In this document: positions 27,376 to 41,058 of the stretch, one piece after another
How positions within the stretch are numbered: position 1 is the first letter of the stretch
Layout of the letters: every line of letters starts with the position of its first letter
NCBI GenBank assembly: GCA_028534125.1
Contig: CM052817.1
Coordinates: forward strand, 64,792,001 to 64,856,000
Length of the DNA stretch: 64,000 bases
From: Lama glama
Taxonomy: Eukaryota
Direction of reading: 5' to 3'
Program-made: the position numbers and the translations under genes
Notes under the pieces: generated by a model
Seen by the model: only the letters and a program-made list of their open reading frames with translations
Database searches by the model: none
What the model was told of the DNA's origin: nothing

Positions 27376-28580
27376 AATGAATTATCCATCAAAGTGAGCT
27401 CAGTCTATGGGGGAAAATGATACAGGCAACCAAGTTAGATCATCTTGGATGTTCTCTATCAGAGAGAGGGCATTCTGACTGAAGGATTGAGAGGAGGCTT
27501 TGCAGAGTGAAGACATTTAAGTTAGAAACTGAATAATGATCATTTTGGCAATTAGTCAAAAAAAAAAACTCACTGTGCGTCTCCTTTGTTTTTTGTTCAA
27601 TGCCACGAGTATGAGAAGAGAACATGAGTTTGATTTTTAATAAACCTCAAGTCTTTTACCAACACTTGGGGGACAGAGTGCATTCAACGACTTAATTAGA
27701 CATAGTCTGTAAACATGTATATGTTAACAAAAAGGATATATTTCTCTGAAACGGTCAAGGGAACACTATTATCTGTTTCCAACTTTACTTATGCAGGTGT
27801 AGAGAGTCATACTAGGGCTCCACTATATCCACCCAACAGAGAGGTGAGAATGTTCCTCCGTCTTATTGTGGTCTTATGATCATTGAATAGGCACCACTTC
27901 TAGAGAATGGCCACCACCCTCCCCCTCCCTAACCTGTGGAAGAGGGCAGTGCAAAGAAAGGGAGTCTGACTACTTTTCAGAGACTTTCGGTAATATCACG
28001 AGACTCATATATCCCAAGCAATTTCCAAGACTCATTGGACTGATGTATTTATAGGTTGATGGAGGAGTAGGGTATCAGAAATAACCTAAGTTCTTAATAA
28101 ATTGGTGGTTTATTTATGAGACATAAATTTACAGGAAGCTAATGGGCACAATTTACTGAGCACCTACTATGTTTCTGGAACTCTGCTGGGAGGTTTCCAT
28201 ACATTATCACATATAATCCTCAGAGCAATCCCACAAGGAACATGCTATTATTATTCCCATTTTACAGATGAGACAAGAGAAACTCAGAAATTATAGATTC
28301 CTAACTGTCCTTTTTAAGCCATAAATGTTGGCTTCAAGAACAGCAAAGTACTCAGGTTGGTGTTAGTAAGAGTTTTGTGGTATAAATATAATAGGCAATT
28401 ACATAAGCATCGAAGGACAAGAAGTGAGTGGTATGCCTTAACAAAGAGGAGTACCAGGGATAACTGACTATTCCACATCTCTGCTTCTCTCTCTCTCTCT
28501 GTCTCAATCAGAATACAGCCTGGGCCTAATGCTTCTATCTTTTAACCTAAGTCTGTCTGTCAAGCACTTGGGTCAGATGT

Positions 28581-28943
28581 TGTCTTAGTCCATCTGGGCT
28601 GCTACCACAAGAATTTCACTGACTGGATAGTTTAAGCAACAAACATTTAGTTGTCACAGTTCTGGAGGCTGAGGAATCCAAGGTTTAGGTGCTCGCAGAT
28701 TGTGTCTGGTGAGCGCCCATTTCCTGTTCATAGATGGCCATCTTTTCACTGTGTCCTCACGTGGTGGAAGGAGCAAGGGCACTCTCTAGGCCTCTTTTTT
28801 AAGGGTACTAATCTCCCTCCTGAGGGCTTGTCCCTCATGCCCTAATCACCTCACAAAGGCCCCACTTCCAAATACCACATATTGGGGATTAGATTAGGTT
28901 CAAACATGAAATTTGGGGGAACAGAAACATTTGGTCTATATCA
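28581..28943 (-). mobile_element. MaLR LTR (MLT1A/B-type)
   Basis: tgtcttagtcc...cacagttctggaggctg...ctaatcacctc...aacatgaaatttgggg. Confidence 0.85.
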
Positions 28944-30674
28944 GGTGTCCAGCCATGAAACGATCAGTTAAAGAAAGAGGGTTGAGCTTATGCAGCTGAA
29001 GAGAGCTACACCATCTCCAGCGGTATCGTGGAGCTGGGAAGTGGCAGTGGCAGAATCCTAAGCCACATGTGTCCCAATTCAGAAACCCACATTCTTTCCA
29101 TTACTTTATAAAAAGAAAGCAGGGCAGAACAGGTTTTATGTAAGACATTCAGTTTTCTATCCACAAAGTAGCCCCCAGATGTTATAAGTCCTGAGGAAGA
29201 ACACTTTAGGAAGCAGCTCAAAAATCGTCCAGTCTAAATTCGTTATTTTGTAGACCAACTGACTAGGCAAAGCAATATTCTTAATGTTTATTTAAAAGAT
29301 ACCTGGAAAGGAAAAAGATGTAAGTCTTCTCTTGGAGGCATAAATCATCTTATAGCTTTCAAATATCTTGGGGTTTAGGCAGGGTAAAGAGGGAGGTTAG
29401 TAATGGAGAAACATTTAAGCTGCTATGGCAGTGTGTTTAATCTGCCCATAAATCAAGTATTTAGTTAACATTTTACTTTGATGTTGAAGCCTAAGTTGGT
29501 GAGGGAGTTAAAGTTATCTCCTTTTTCCCTAAGTTAGAAAATATTTTGGCAACTTTGATCCCTGATCCTGACATAAAGATATTGTATAGAATGTTTAAAA
29601 TATTTGTTCATAGATTCCTTGTGAAAGGTGTCGGGACATAATCTCAGAGAAGCATTAAGGCAAAGTCATACAGGTGTTCCTGGCACTTTTCTGAGTTCCA
29701 AATTTCAATAATCTGAATGTTTTTGTGAAATATGAATATGAATCAAGATGAAGTACTATGCAAATAATTATTTTTGAGATGATGCAGAAACAAAAACATA
29801 ATGATTTTAAACTGATGCAAAATGGTATGAAATCCATAATTTCAATAATATGAAAAATATGTACCAGGGAAAGGTGCAACCTACACAATTGAACATAGTT
29901 GTTTAACCATGAAGACTCTATGGTGACCTTCTATAGGACAGTATTACTTTTATTGATCATCACATTATATCACTAATAATGGCCAAATATTATTGAGTGA
30001 TTACTTTATTAGTGCTTTATTTACATTGTTTAGCTCAACTTTAATTAGGAAGTTATTATTATAAGTCATCCTTTGTAGATAAGAAACTGAGAAGAGATGA
30101 AGCAAATAGCTGGAGACTAGATTCTAGGAGGTCTTCTCCAGAGTAAAAGTTCCTAAGAAGGAATGATAGTGATAACACTGGCAGCTAACTATTACGTATT
30201 TAGTATTTGCCAGGCACTGCTCTAAATACTTTACATTGACTCAAAATTTTCAAATCAATCCTATGAAGTTCTATTATATTACTTTTTATAGGTGAGAAAA
30301 CCAAGGCTCAGAAGCCAGGTTCCTCAGTGAGTATGGGACAGACTCAGGAGTCTTACTGTTTAGCCCCAAAGTCTGCATTCTTACCTGTTTACTGCTCTCG
30401 TCCCAGGGCTTAGTGAAAGTAGCAAAGAATGAATCAACAAAGAGAAAGTACAAAGGCAAAACTAAAGTACACGTGATAAATCCAAAATAACTCCAACATT
30501 CCAGCCTGGATGAGTGGGAGAAAGTGGTTTTATTGACTACTAGGGGTGGTTAATTTGAGCAAAATTTTAGATAACTTTGAAATATTTTGAGTGGAATGTC
30601 CTGGTTGGGAAATATGGGAAAGTAATAGGTGTGACTCCATATAGATCTGAGAGCATAAAGACAGAGTTGAGAGA

Positions 30675-31680
30675 ATTTCTGGTTTGTAAATAGGCACGCA
30701 AAAAGCTTGGAAGGCACCACGTCATCCTAACAACAAGTAGAACTCTGGACAAACTGAGAAATCAGTGACTCTTTTTTGATCCAGCAGAGAAGTGAGGTCT
30801 CAGGGCAGACTGCCATCCCCAAATTGGTGGAACCAACAGGCAACTGCAGAGATTCACAACTTACTGGAGCCCCCACCCCAGGAACCAATATCAGGTGCGA
30901 AAAGCTGAACTGTGATGAGTTGCTGGAGGCTTAAGGTAAAAACTGAGAAAGCGAGACAACTCCAGGGGGACCCAGTCATAAGGCGATCCCCACACTTTTG
31001 TGAGTTTTACCTCTTGGATCTCAACCAGTTTCTCAGAATTATTGTTGAAGAAAAATTCCCTCTGCTTCCTGCAGGAGGAGGAGAGGAGGAACCATTTTGA
31101 AATGTACCAGCGTATTTTGTTTTCTAAAGACCTTCCCTCAGGAGAAGCTATTTAACCAAAGCCTACACTTCTGGGTTTTTTTTTTTTACCAGAGCTAAGT
31201 TACCCAGGGAAAGGGAAATAGCGAGCTTCAGCCCCCTCTAGCCTTCCGTGTGGGACAAGGGAAATACCCAATTCCAGCCCCCTCTAGCCATCCTGTCCCA
31301 CCTAAGGGTGTGAGAGGGGAACTGAGAAGCACTTGTGAAGTTCACTATCCAGGGGCCACAAGCTTACTGAAAGATTGAGAGCTGCTCATAGAACCATAGA
31401 ATCCTTCCCCTCATGCCACACCTCACTGCCACATTACTAAAACCCTCTTTTTCACATTTCCTTTCACCCAATACATCATGTCCAGATATCGAGAAAAAAT
31501 TACAAGGCATACTGAAAGAGACAGAGTGAGCTTTAGAACTGGACTCAGATATGGCAGAGATGTCGGAATTATTAAAGTGGGAATTTAAAACTACTCTGTT
31601 TAAGATGCTAAGAGGATGGATGGACAATGGATAAGACAGACAGCATGCAAGAGCAGATGGGCAATGTAAGCAGAGAGATG
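30675..31680 (+). mobile_element. Old L1M 5'UTR / ORF1-start fragment
   Basis: Resembles ancient L1M 5' ends, followed by 'gactcagatatggcagagatgtcggaatta...gaatttaaaacta'. Confidence 0.55.
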
Positions 31681-31724
31681 TCCTGTCCCCTCGCAATTAG
31701 AGCGAAGCAGGGATGAGTGTGGCT

Positions 31725-32410
31725 TGGTATTAAAGTAGGTAGGTATAAATGCTTTGCTGCTGATATTGACCTATTGTCACACACAGTTTATTTCCCTTTT
31801 ATAGTTGGCTCTTTGATCCTGGGGCTATGACTTTCCAAACTCGGTGTCCTGTAGTCCTCTGACATGCAGCTTCCCATAAAGTTTCCACCACTGACAGTCA
31901 CTAGAGAGATGTGAACACGGGAGGAGTGGGAGGGGACTTTCTTTCTAGTTCCCATTAGTGTCACTGTGTGTCACACTGTTGGCTCCATCCTCCAGCTGCT
32001 CTAGGCTCTCTGGGTTCTAGCCTTGCTTCAGACCTCAGTGGTGGCAGCAGCAGCTGGGCCTGGCTCCCGTGGCAGAAGTGTTAAGTTTGTCTTCTGAGCA
32101 GCCACTGGGCAGAACCCTCTCCTCAGAGGTCTAAGCGTCAGTCCTGTAGCTCCCTTTTGCTCAGGTGTCTATTCTGACAACCTTGCCACTTTAAAAGAAA
32201 AATTCTTCCAGCCCTCCTGGGGCTTAATGTTAATGTCTTGGGGACCTCAATATGCCCTTTGTGATCTTTCAGCTTTCCAACAACTCTGTAACCAAAAATT
32301 TTTTTGTGTGTGTGCATTAAATCCACTTTATTTGAAATACAGAGTTTTCTGTTTTCCTGACTGGATGCAGTGATATAGCTCTTGGCACCAGGAGTGGTCC
32401 CAGAAGCAGA
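31725..32410 (+). mobile_element. ERVL-type LTR (LTR16/LTR33/MLT2-like) with start of internal region
   Basis: Ends 'tctgttttcctgactgga...gatata' followed by 'ttggcaccaggagtggt'. Confidence 0.45.
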
Positions 32411-33504
32411 TCCTTAAGTAAACAAGTGTTCAGGCAGATTGAGTTGATGTTTTTTTAATGGTCATAATTTGCTGAAACAGAAAGCACTGGGATGAGCATG
32501 TTAAGGGGTTTGAGAAGAAAGACAAAGATCAGAATCATCAAAAAACAAAGGAGGAGCCACTAGAGACAACTAACAGGGCCCAGATGCCCTTTTCCATGTT
32601 AGATTTATATAGGCCTCTTCTGCAGAGTTTTGCACACCCTTCATGTGCCTTCAAGTAGAAATTTTCCAGAGTACTTCCAAGGTGTTCACAATCTAGTACC
32701 TTTTGAATTCTTAGATGATACAGTCATTGAAAATATAATGCTCAGCTGCATATACCTGTTTGCACACTGCTGTGAACTGGGTTTTACAACTTTCATTCCT
32801 TTTGTATTTTATGGAACCTAGACTGTAACCCACTCTTTTATTGTCATGTTTCCAGTTTTTGATTTTTCACGTTCATTTTACCTAAATGATACATGCATTA
32901 CACATGCAAAATTTTTTTCTATGAAGCCTCTTAAGAAAAACAGCAGCATTTGCTTTCCCACTTCTTCCTACATTTGCTTCTCCCTAGAAGCCACTGCTGT
33001 CAACTTCTAAAACTTATTATGTTGTGTTTTATCTCTCCATCTCTAAGTAACATGCATGTATTCCTGACTTGGCTTTTCCTTGGGCATGTCTGTTGACTTC
33101 CCATTTTGAAGGAGAAGAATTTGGGGCAGTCATTACCACACAAAAAAAATCACCTCTCCCTTGTTGCCAAAAGAGTAATAAATATTAGAGTGATTTGTAT
33201 TATTATAACTATGTAAATGCTACTTACAGATGAGCCATGTAGTTTGCAATGCTTTTTTTATCTTTACCTGAACAATTTTGTTTTTCCCTAGGATTAAATA
33301 CTGGCTTTTAAAAACCTAGCTTGGTTTTGTCTTTATACTTAACAACTAATTCAATGCCCAAATCATCACTAGTTGTCTAATTCCCCACTTAAGACATACA
33401 GATGCGTCAAGTATCCCATCAATTTTGTCTTGTAGAGAAATCTCTCCTTGAGGCTGTGACTTGCTCCAGAATGACCTGGGTGTGCTCTGCATCTGGGGCA
33501 ATCT

Positions 33505-34070
33505 GTTGTGTTGCTTTTTTGTAAATGCTGTAACAAATTACAGAAGTTCCCCTTTACCTGAGCGGGAATATGTTCCAAGACCCTCGGTGAATGCTTGAAA
33601 CCTCAGCTAGTACTGAACCCTATATATACTGGTTTTTCCTATACTAGCAGGTGGGTAGGCTATACAATGTGGATGTGCTAGACAAAGGGATGATTCACAT
33701 CCTGGGTAGGATGGAGGAGAAATGCATGAAATTTTATCCTGCTGCTTAGAAGGGCACTCCACTGAAAACTTGTGATTTGCTCATTTCTGGACTTTTCCAT
33801 GTAATAGTTTTGGACCACAGTGGACTGTGGGTGACTGAAACTGCAGATAAGAGGGGGGCGACTGTACCACAAACTGAGTGGCTTAAAGCAACAGAGGTTT
33901 GTTTTCTCTCAGTTCTGGAGGCCAGAAGTCTTTATCACTGGGCTGAAATCAAGGTGTCAGCCTGGCTGCACTCCCGCGGAGACCGGAGGAGAGAATCTGT
34001 TCCTTGCCCTTTCCAGCTTCTGGTGGCCGCCACATTCCTTGGCTTGTGGCTGTATCCCTCCAGCCCCTCC
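33505..34070 (-). mobile_element. MLT1-type LTR interrupted by a MER44 element
   Basis: tgctgtaacaaatta|ccacaaactgagtggcttaaa...cagttctggaggccagaagtc. Confidence 0.75.
33541..33864 (-). mobile_element. MER44/Tigger7-type DNA transposon
   Basis: Imperfect TIRs cag(a)agttcccctttac / gataagaggggggcgactg; TA TSD at 33539-33540 and 33865-33866. Confidence 0.8.
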
Positions 34071-36329
34071 TTCTTCCTCCTTCTTCATATTGTCTTCAGA
34101 AGCTTGTAGGATGTTCTCTTAATCCCTAGTAATCTGAAATTTTACAGTGCTCTGTTCTGGGTGGGTGTACTTCTAGCCATTTTACTCAGTAGCTTTTAAA
34201 AAATATGAAGATTAACTTTCTTCAGTTCTAGAAAATTTACTAGTTTTTAAAATTAATGCTCTTCCTTTCCTGCCCCTTTCACTCTGCCTCGTCTGTTCTT
34301 TCATTCTAGAATTCCTACTACTCAGATGTTGAACGTCTTGATTTGACACTCTGATTTTCTCCCCTCCCCACTTTCTCCTTTTTTCCATCTCTCTGTGTTT
34401 TCTCTCCCTCCAGTTTTAAATCCCCCCTTAAAATGAAGCCACAGGTGGCATAGTCAGGGTTTGCAGAGCACAGCACATTCTTCCTGGGGGTTGGGGAGCA
34501 TTTACAATCCTAGCGCTAATACTTTATCTTCAGTTCCAGGTTTGGGGAAGGAGCTGGGTTGGAACAGAGCCTTAGTAATGCCGTGCAGTAGTGCACCAGC
34601 TCGGAGTGCCCTCTTGGGGAATATGATTTCTAAGATCAAGAACTTCTACATCTGCTCATCTCCCCCAAACCCTTACCCTGTGAATTTATACATCTTATAT
34701 TCATAGGGGGCCTGATTTTTGCTTACCATGCTCATTAGTCCCCTGAGAGATTGTGAATGATGTTTATATGATGATCAGTAAGTTCATGGTGCACTTAAGA
34801 CCTGTGCTACAGCTTGAACAGTTATAGCTGGGTAATAAAAGATCTTAGTTTGCCGGAGGCAGTTACTGTTGTCCCAGCATTAATTATTGATAGCTCACCT
34901 TTGACTTTCATAAGTGTACCTAGCTACTTATGCCTGTGTGTGAACTAGAACTGGAGGCACATGGACACACCAGATAAAACCTAGATTTACTCAGCTGCAA
35001 AAGGCTTCCTTGAAATGAAGAATACTTCAGAGTTTCAAGAGTCAGAAGTTCATGTTAATTATTTAACCAATAGCTCTGGTGGTGGTGGTGACATATCTCA
35101 GTGATATTATTATAATTAAAAGAGTAATGCAGAATAACATTTAACTATTTTTTACTACTTTATGTGTCATGTAAGCTGGTCTAGGATTAGAAAGAACAAA
35201 GACCAATGTAGCTTTAGATGGACTCAAGAAAACCACTCTCAAAAGCTATATTAGAATGAATCAAAGTCTGTATTCAATAACTACATAATATTTAAATATT
35301 TAATTTTCTTAGGAAATGATTACTACAAAACCTCAGTAAAGTGTTTACTGAAAGATTTGAAAATGGTGATTGTATTGAAATAGGTCACATATTATTTGTA
35401 TAAAACTTGCAATAACCTGGAAGTGGGCCATTGCATGAGAATAGATAAAATTATTGAAAGGAGAATACAAAAAAAAATTAGTTATACTGTAGCTTTATCA
35501 GATTAGCTTTTGAATTTAAGATTAATTCAATGAGATTAATGGTCATATACATGGACTTGACTTTTTTTTTTCTTTTTGGACTTACAATCCAGAAAACATT
35601 CTCTGTGCGGCTGGCACAAACATCACACAAAACCAGAACTTGTTTATTAGTTTAAACTGCATGCTAAATGGAAATTAAAAAAAAATTCCTGGTTCACACA
35701 GCTGTGTGAAAGATTGTTCAGGTAAGCTGTTTAACACAGTAATATCTGTCAACAAATATGAAGAAATCTTCTTAAAAAAAAGTGAATCAGAAAAAACAAA
35801 CAAACAAACAAACAAAAACCAACGAAACTCTTTCTTATGTAAGCATTATATTTCTGGTCTACCACTCACCCAGAAATCCAGAAATTGCAGTAACCTTGGT
35901 GGTATCCAGTTACCTTAAGGTAGATCACTGTAATCTCAAAACAATTAATATTTGTTCACTGTAATGTCAAAAATAAATATCCTCCTAGGATGCCTTGTCT
36001 GGGATCTGAGTTGCAGGGACAGGAAGCAAAGAATGCTGAAAAATAACTTAAGGAATAAATATTTTTCCAGAGTCTAAATTCAGGCCTTGGGAAAGTAGAC
36101 ACTAAAAGAAAGCTAGAGTGAACTTTACTCCTCTATCTATAAAAGAGAATTCAAAAGGAACCCCACTTCTGCTCCAAAGCTCAAATAAGAACAAATAGAA
36201 AAGATTTAGGGGAGTCATGAGCTATTTGTGTGACACACAGAAACTTCCTTCCTTACAGGGCTATTCTGAGGCACACAATACTCAAGCTATTGATTATTTC
36301 CAAGTCTGAGGGCTTCTGGGGCTTCTTGA

Positions 36330-37662
36330 GCAGTTTTTATTTATTTATTTTAACATTAACTTTACTGATGTCAACGTTATATACAAAAAAATGCACCCAT
36401 TTAAGTGTGCACATCGTTGAGTCTTGCCCAATTAATATACCTTTAAATCTACTCTAAATCTACCACCACAAACAAAATATGGAACATTTTGTTTCCCTAA
36501 AATTTCCCTCACACCCCTTTGCAGTCAGTCCACTTACACACACCCAGTGTCTGGCAACCACTGGTCTGCTTTCTCTTGGTTTAGATTGCTTTGCCTATTC
36601 TGTAATTTCATATAAATAAAATCAAGCCAAGACAAGGTCTCATGTGTTTAGTGCCTTTCTTCAGCATCATGTTTTTGAGATGTAAAATGCTGTGTGTATC
36701 AGCAGTCTGTACCTTTTCATTGTTATAGAGCAGCTTATTGCTTGACAAATATTGCAAAACAAATATTGCAAAAACGAATATTGCAAAAACAAATATTACT
36801 GTATTTGTTTATCCATTCACCAAGGGATAGACATTTCAGTTGCATTTTTGGCTAGTCTGAAATAGACACCCTAAACACCTGTGGACAAATCTTTTCATTT
36901 CTTTTGGATAAATATCTAGGAGTGGAATTGCTGGGCATATGGTGGGTGGACATTGAACTTTATAAAAAAATAGCCGCACGGTTTTCCAAAGTAGTACCAT
37001 TTTACATTCCTACTAACAGTGTATGTGAATTCCAATTGTTCCACATCCTCAGCAACACTTGATATTGATAGTCTTTTAAATTTTAGTTTGCCTAGTGGGT
37101 GCAGAGCTGTTTCCACATGCTTTAATTTTCACTTACTTCATGAGTAATTTTTTGAGCATTTTGTTCTTATTGGCCATTTGCATTTTTTGTGAACTGTTCA
37201 AATCCTTTCCCTATTTTTATTGGGCTGTCTTTGTACTATTTAGTTGTAAGAGTTCTTTATACATTCTAGATACAAGTACTTTGTTAGATAAATGTGTTGA
37301 GAATATTTTCTCCCATTCTGTGGCTTTCATTTCCATTTCCTTAAATGGTGTTATTATATGAGAATAATTTTTAAAATTTTGATGAGGTTTTATTTATCAA
37401 TTTGCTTTTTTATGAATAGTACTTTTTATGTTCTAAAAAGTATTTGCATAAGCCAATAAGCAAAGATTTTTTCCTATGTACTCTTCTAGAAATTATATAG
37501 TTTTAGCTTACACATTTAGGTCTATGATCCAATTCAAGTAAATTTTTGTGTATGGTGGGGGGTAAGTGTTGAGGATCATTTGTTTTTAAATGAATAGCTA
37601 CTTGTTCTAGCACCATTTGTTGAAAGTCTCTCCTTTTCTCCATTACATTATCTTGACATCTT
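36330..37662 (-). mobile_element. Old L1 3' region
   Basis: Antisense ORF2 C-terminal and 3'UTR motifs (ggagtggaattgctgg, ttttccaaagt, tttaggtctatgatcca). Confidence 0.85.
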
Positions 37663-38171
37663 TGTCGACTGAAATAAAATGTATGGCCTAAAAGTTGAGA
37701 ATTTTGTTTTAATCAGTGTGTTTTCTTAAGACTCAAGCCCAGGACACAGCATCTCAGATGGCTCTAAGAGTCTGTTCCAAAGTGGCAAGGTAGAAGCCAG
37801 GATATATGAGTTTTTTTCAACAAAGACCAGGTGATCAGAACATCAAAAGATTACTGTTAATTAAGGAAAACTAGATATCTCAACTTAAGGTATTTAGCAG
37901 TTTTCTATGTATGGGGAGATGTAAAGATCTGGAATCACTGAAATCATTCCTTTGATATATACCTAGCTATCTAGGACCAGTATCCTATTTTTTCACAACT
38001 TGAGTTCTCTCAGGGGGCACTGCTGGGGGTGGCTGCAGAGGCCAGGCTGCCTGCTTATCTGCATCCGGAGTTCCCTCTGCTCACTATTGGGGGTGGCATT
38101 TAGCGACTGATGACTTGATGGCCACAGCATTCTTTGTTTACTGATGTGGTTGGCAATATTTTTCATTCACA
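37663..38171. mobile_element. ERV1 solo LTR resembling cetartiodactyl MER41-like LTRs
   Basis: TG...CA termini, 509 bp; recalled similarity to bovine MER41_BT (agcccaggacacagcatctcagat, aacatcaaaagattactgttaattaa). Confidence 0.65.
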
Positions 38172-38825
38172 AACGTAAGAGGAAGGCAGCACCTTTCCTG
38201 TAACAAATTCTGTTCAGCCAACTCATTCCTCAATGGGAGACAGATACAAAAATACCAAGATAAACTAGGTGTTCTTTCTGTTTTCAAGGAACTTAAACTC
38301 CAGAAGATCACATAGGGAAAAGTTAGACAAACCCTTGAACAGAAGCATAAAAAGGAGTTACCAGATAAGTCAAACCAATGTGATTGGAAAATCTCCAATG
38401 CAAATGACTTTTAACCAGGCTTTATATATTTTGACAAGTGAAACAGGAGGGAATATAATCTTATAATTTGAAAAGATTAATGCCTTTAACAGGGAGAAGC
38501 AATATAGGGCATGTTTTGACTGGATGTAGTGTGTGAAGGGACATAGTCCAGGGGGGTAATTATGAAAAAAAGTAGGATCTAATTATGTATTACTTCAAAC
38601 GCCATTTTAAAGAGTTTGCATGAAAGGAGGCTATTGATAGTTCTGAGTATTAAAGCATAAAGATCAAAGTTGTGTTTTAAAAAATCCCCTAGCCTTGTGT
38701 AAGAAGATTGTGAGGTATGTGTACATGGGGTGGAAGGTAGGAGTTCTTCCAGTGGAAATATTCCTTTGAGTAGGAAAATATAAATATTCAAAATCAGAGT
38801 AGTGGAATCAAAATGGAATTGAGAT

Positions 38826-39350
38826 TGTTGCCACAAACCAGCCTCTGTGCCCACAAAACTGGATTGAGGCTTGGAGGCAGAGTTTTGGGAGAATCAGAAA
38901 AGAACAGCTTTGTTTCTTTGCCAGGCAAAGGGGAGTTACAGCAGGCTGATGCCTTAGAGACTGTGAATCTGTCTTGGGGTTGGGGCTTGAGGTTTTATAG
39001 AAAAACTGGATGGAACAGAAAAGGTGGTAGCAATCAGGGTGTTTTACAGGGTGCTGCATTCCTCTTAACCTGAATGAATCTTCCTGATATCACGGAGGAA
39101 CTCTGGAGGGTCTTCCCATTCTTCTGAGATTATTGACCCATTACCTCCTTCCTGGAGCATAGCCTCTGGGTTAAAGCTATTCTTGGTAAAGGATGTATAG
39201 AGAGGGGAGAGCATAAGGGAAAAGTTTGGGGGTTGTTTAGCACAAACACAGTAAGGGAAAAAAAGCAAGTTGCAGGATTTCTTAGTCAGAATGAATCAAC
39301 AAACAGTTTTAGCATCAGGGGAGCCAATTTGTTAGTTTGTCTCCTATTCC
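38826..39350. mobile_element. Probable ERV LTR
   Basis: Starts tgttgcc; 'aagaacagctttgtttctttgccaggcaaagggg' resembles laurasiatherian ERV1 LTRs; right end uncertain. Confidence 0.5.
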
Positions 39351-39994
39351 TTCGAAATGGAAAAGAAGAGACCATGCTCAAACCCCTAGTTATCCGTGCG
39401 TTGTAGTGTTAAGGTACAGGCAACAGCGCTTTTCTATTTCTGGTTAGTTGGAAGAATGGGTGGCCAGGAAAGGAAACTAGTACTTGTTGAGGATTTACCA
39501 GGTGTCAATCACACTAAACAACTGCTGACTCACTGAGTCCGCACATCACTCTTAAGTAGCTATGACTCTCTCCATTCTACAGGTAAGGTGGGGCTCAGAT
39601 AGATGAAGTAACCTTCTAGAAGTCACATTGCTGGAAAAGAAGCAAAGCTGAGAGTCAAGCCTATATCTGCCTGACCAAAACATTGTTACTATAACGCTAA
39701 AAATAATAAAGTTCTCCCCAAAAGGGATTTATTTATTTACTTGTTAATTAGCAACAGATTGAGGAGATGGCCAAAAGAACAGGGAGATGCAAGTGTAATT
39801 AATTCTAAGTTTACAAGACTTTTCTGTGGGTGTTAGTTTACAGGTCATGTTAATTTTACCCCAATAATCAAATATGGTGTTAGTTTTCTCACCATTGGTA
39901 GTATTCAGTAAAGAGATTTTTGTATTGTATATCATTTCTTGTGAAAGAGCTGTTGAACCAGCCAAATATTTATATAAGCAAATATTTAACTGTT

Positions 39995-40355
39995 TATCTT
40001 AGCTCAGGCTGCCATACCAAATACTGTAGATGAGAGACTTAAACAGCAGACACAGTTTCCCACACTTTTGGAGGCTGGGAAGTCCAAGGCCAAGGTGCTC
40101 ACCAGTTTGGTTCCTGGTGAGAACCCTTTTCCTGGCTTGTAGATGGCCACTTTCTCGCTGTGTCCTCACGTGGTAGAGAGAGAAAGTGAGCTCTCTGGTG
40201 GCTCTTCTTAAAAGAACACTAATCCTGTCAATCAGGACCCCACTCTTATGACTTCATTTAGCCTCAATCACTTCCTTACTCCAAGTACAGTCACATGGTG
40301 GGGGGAGGTTAGAAAATCAACATGAGTTGGAGGGACACAATTGAGTCCATAGCAG
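39995..40355 (-). mobile_element. MaLR LTR (MLT1A-type)
   Basis: tcttagctcaggctgccata...ggaggctgggaagtccaag...gacacaattgagtccatagca. Confidence 0.85.
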
Positions 40356-41058
40356 TTCCTGTAACAAAATTCAAAAAAGTATTTACTCAGCTTATTATTC
40401 AGCGAAACAAACAAAACAGCCGTGGCTTAAGGCAAAATACACCTAAGAAAAAAATCAAGATAATATTGTTTGTGAGAGTTGCCTTATTACAAAGAGTTCC
40501 AATAAGCCAAACATCCAAAGTGAATGTGCCCACTATACGATTTCCAGTGAAGTCAGTGCCAGAGACAGATAATGTGCCCTGTTAGTGTCAATGAACTACT
40601 ATTAAGAGGAATATTTGAAGCAGATGATTTTCTCAGAAATGCTTATCCTTAACAGAAATTATGAACACAGCTTAAAGTTTTCTTTATTAATATGACATGA
40701 AGTTTGTTGAAAATTAATACAGTATTTATTGTATAAATATTATAAAATACTCATAATAGAATAAAATCCAACAACCCAGAGATAACCATGAATAACATCT
40801 AGATGTGTTTCCTTCCAGAATTGTTTGTCCCCATAATTTTATGTGATCTGTGATCTTCAGTGCTTTTAACATTCATGTCGCAATAGTTGTGAAAATATTT
40901 TCATGTTGGCAAATGTCTATCTATGACATTTTAAGTTGCTGGAGAGTATTTTATTATATGGAAGTACCATGACTTTTGAGCAGTACATAAGAATTTCCAT
41001 TTCCCACATTCAAGCCCAAATTGAGAGTTTTCAGTAAAGTCTTTGTTTATTTGATTGG

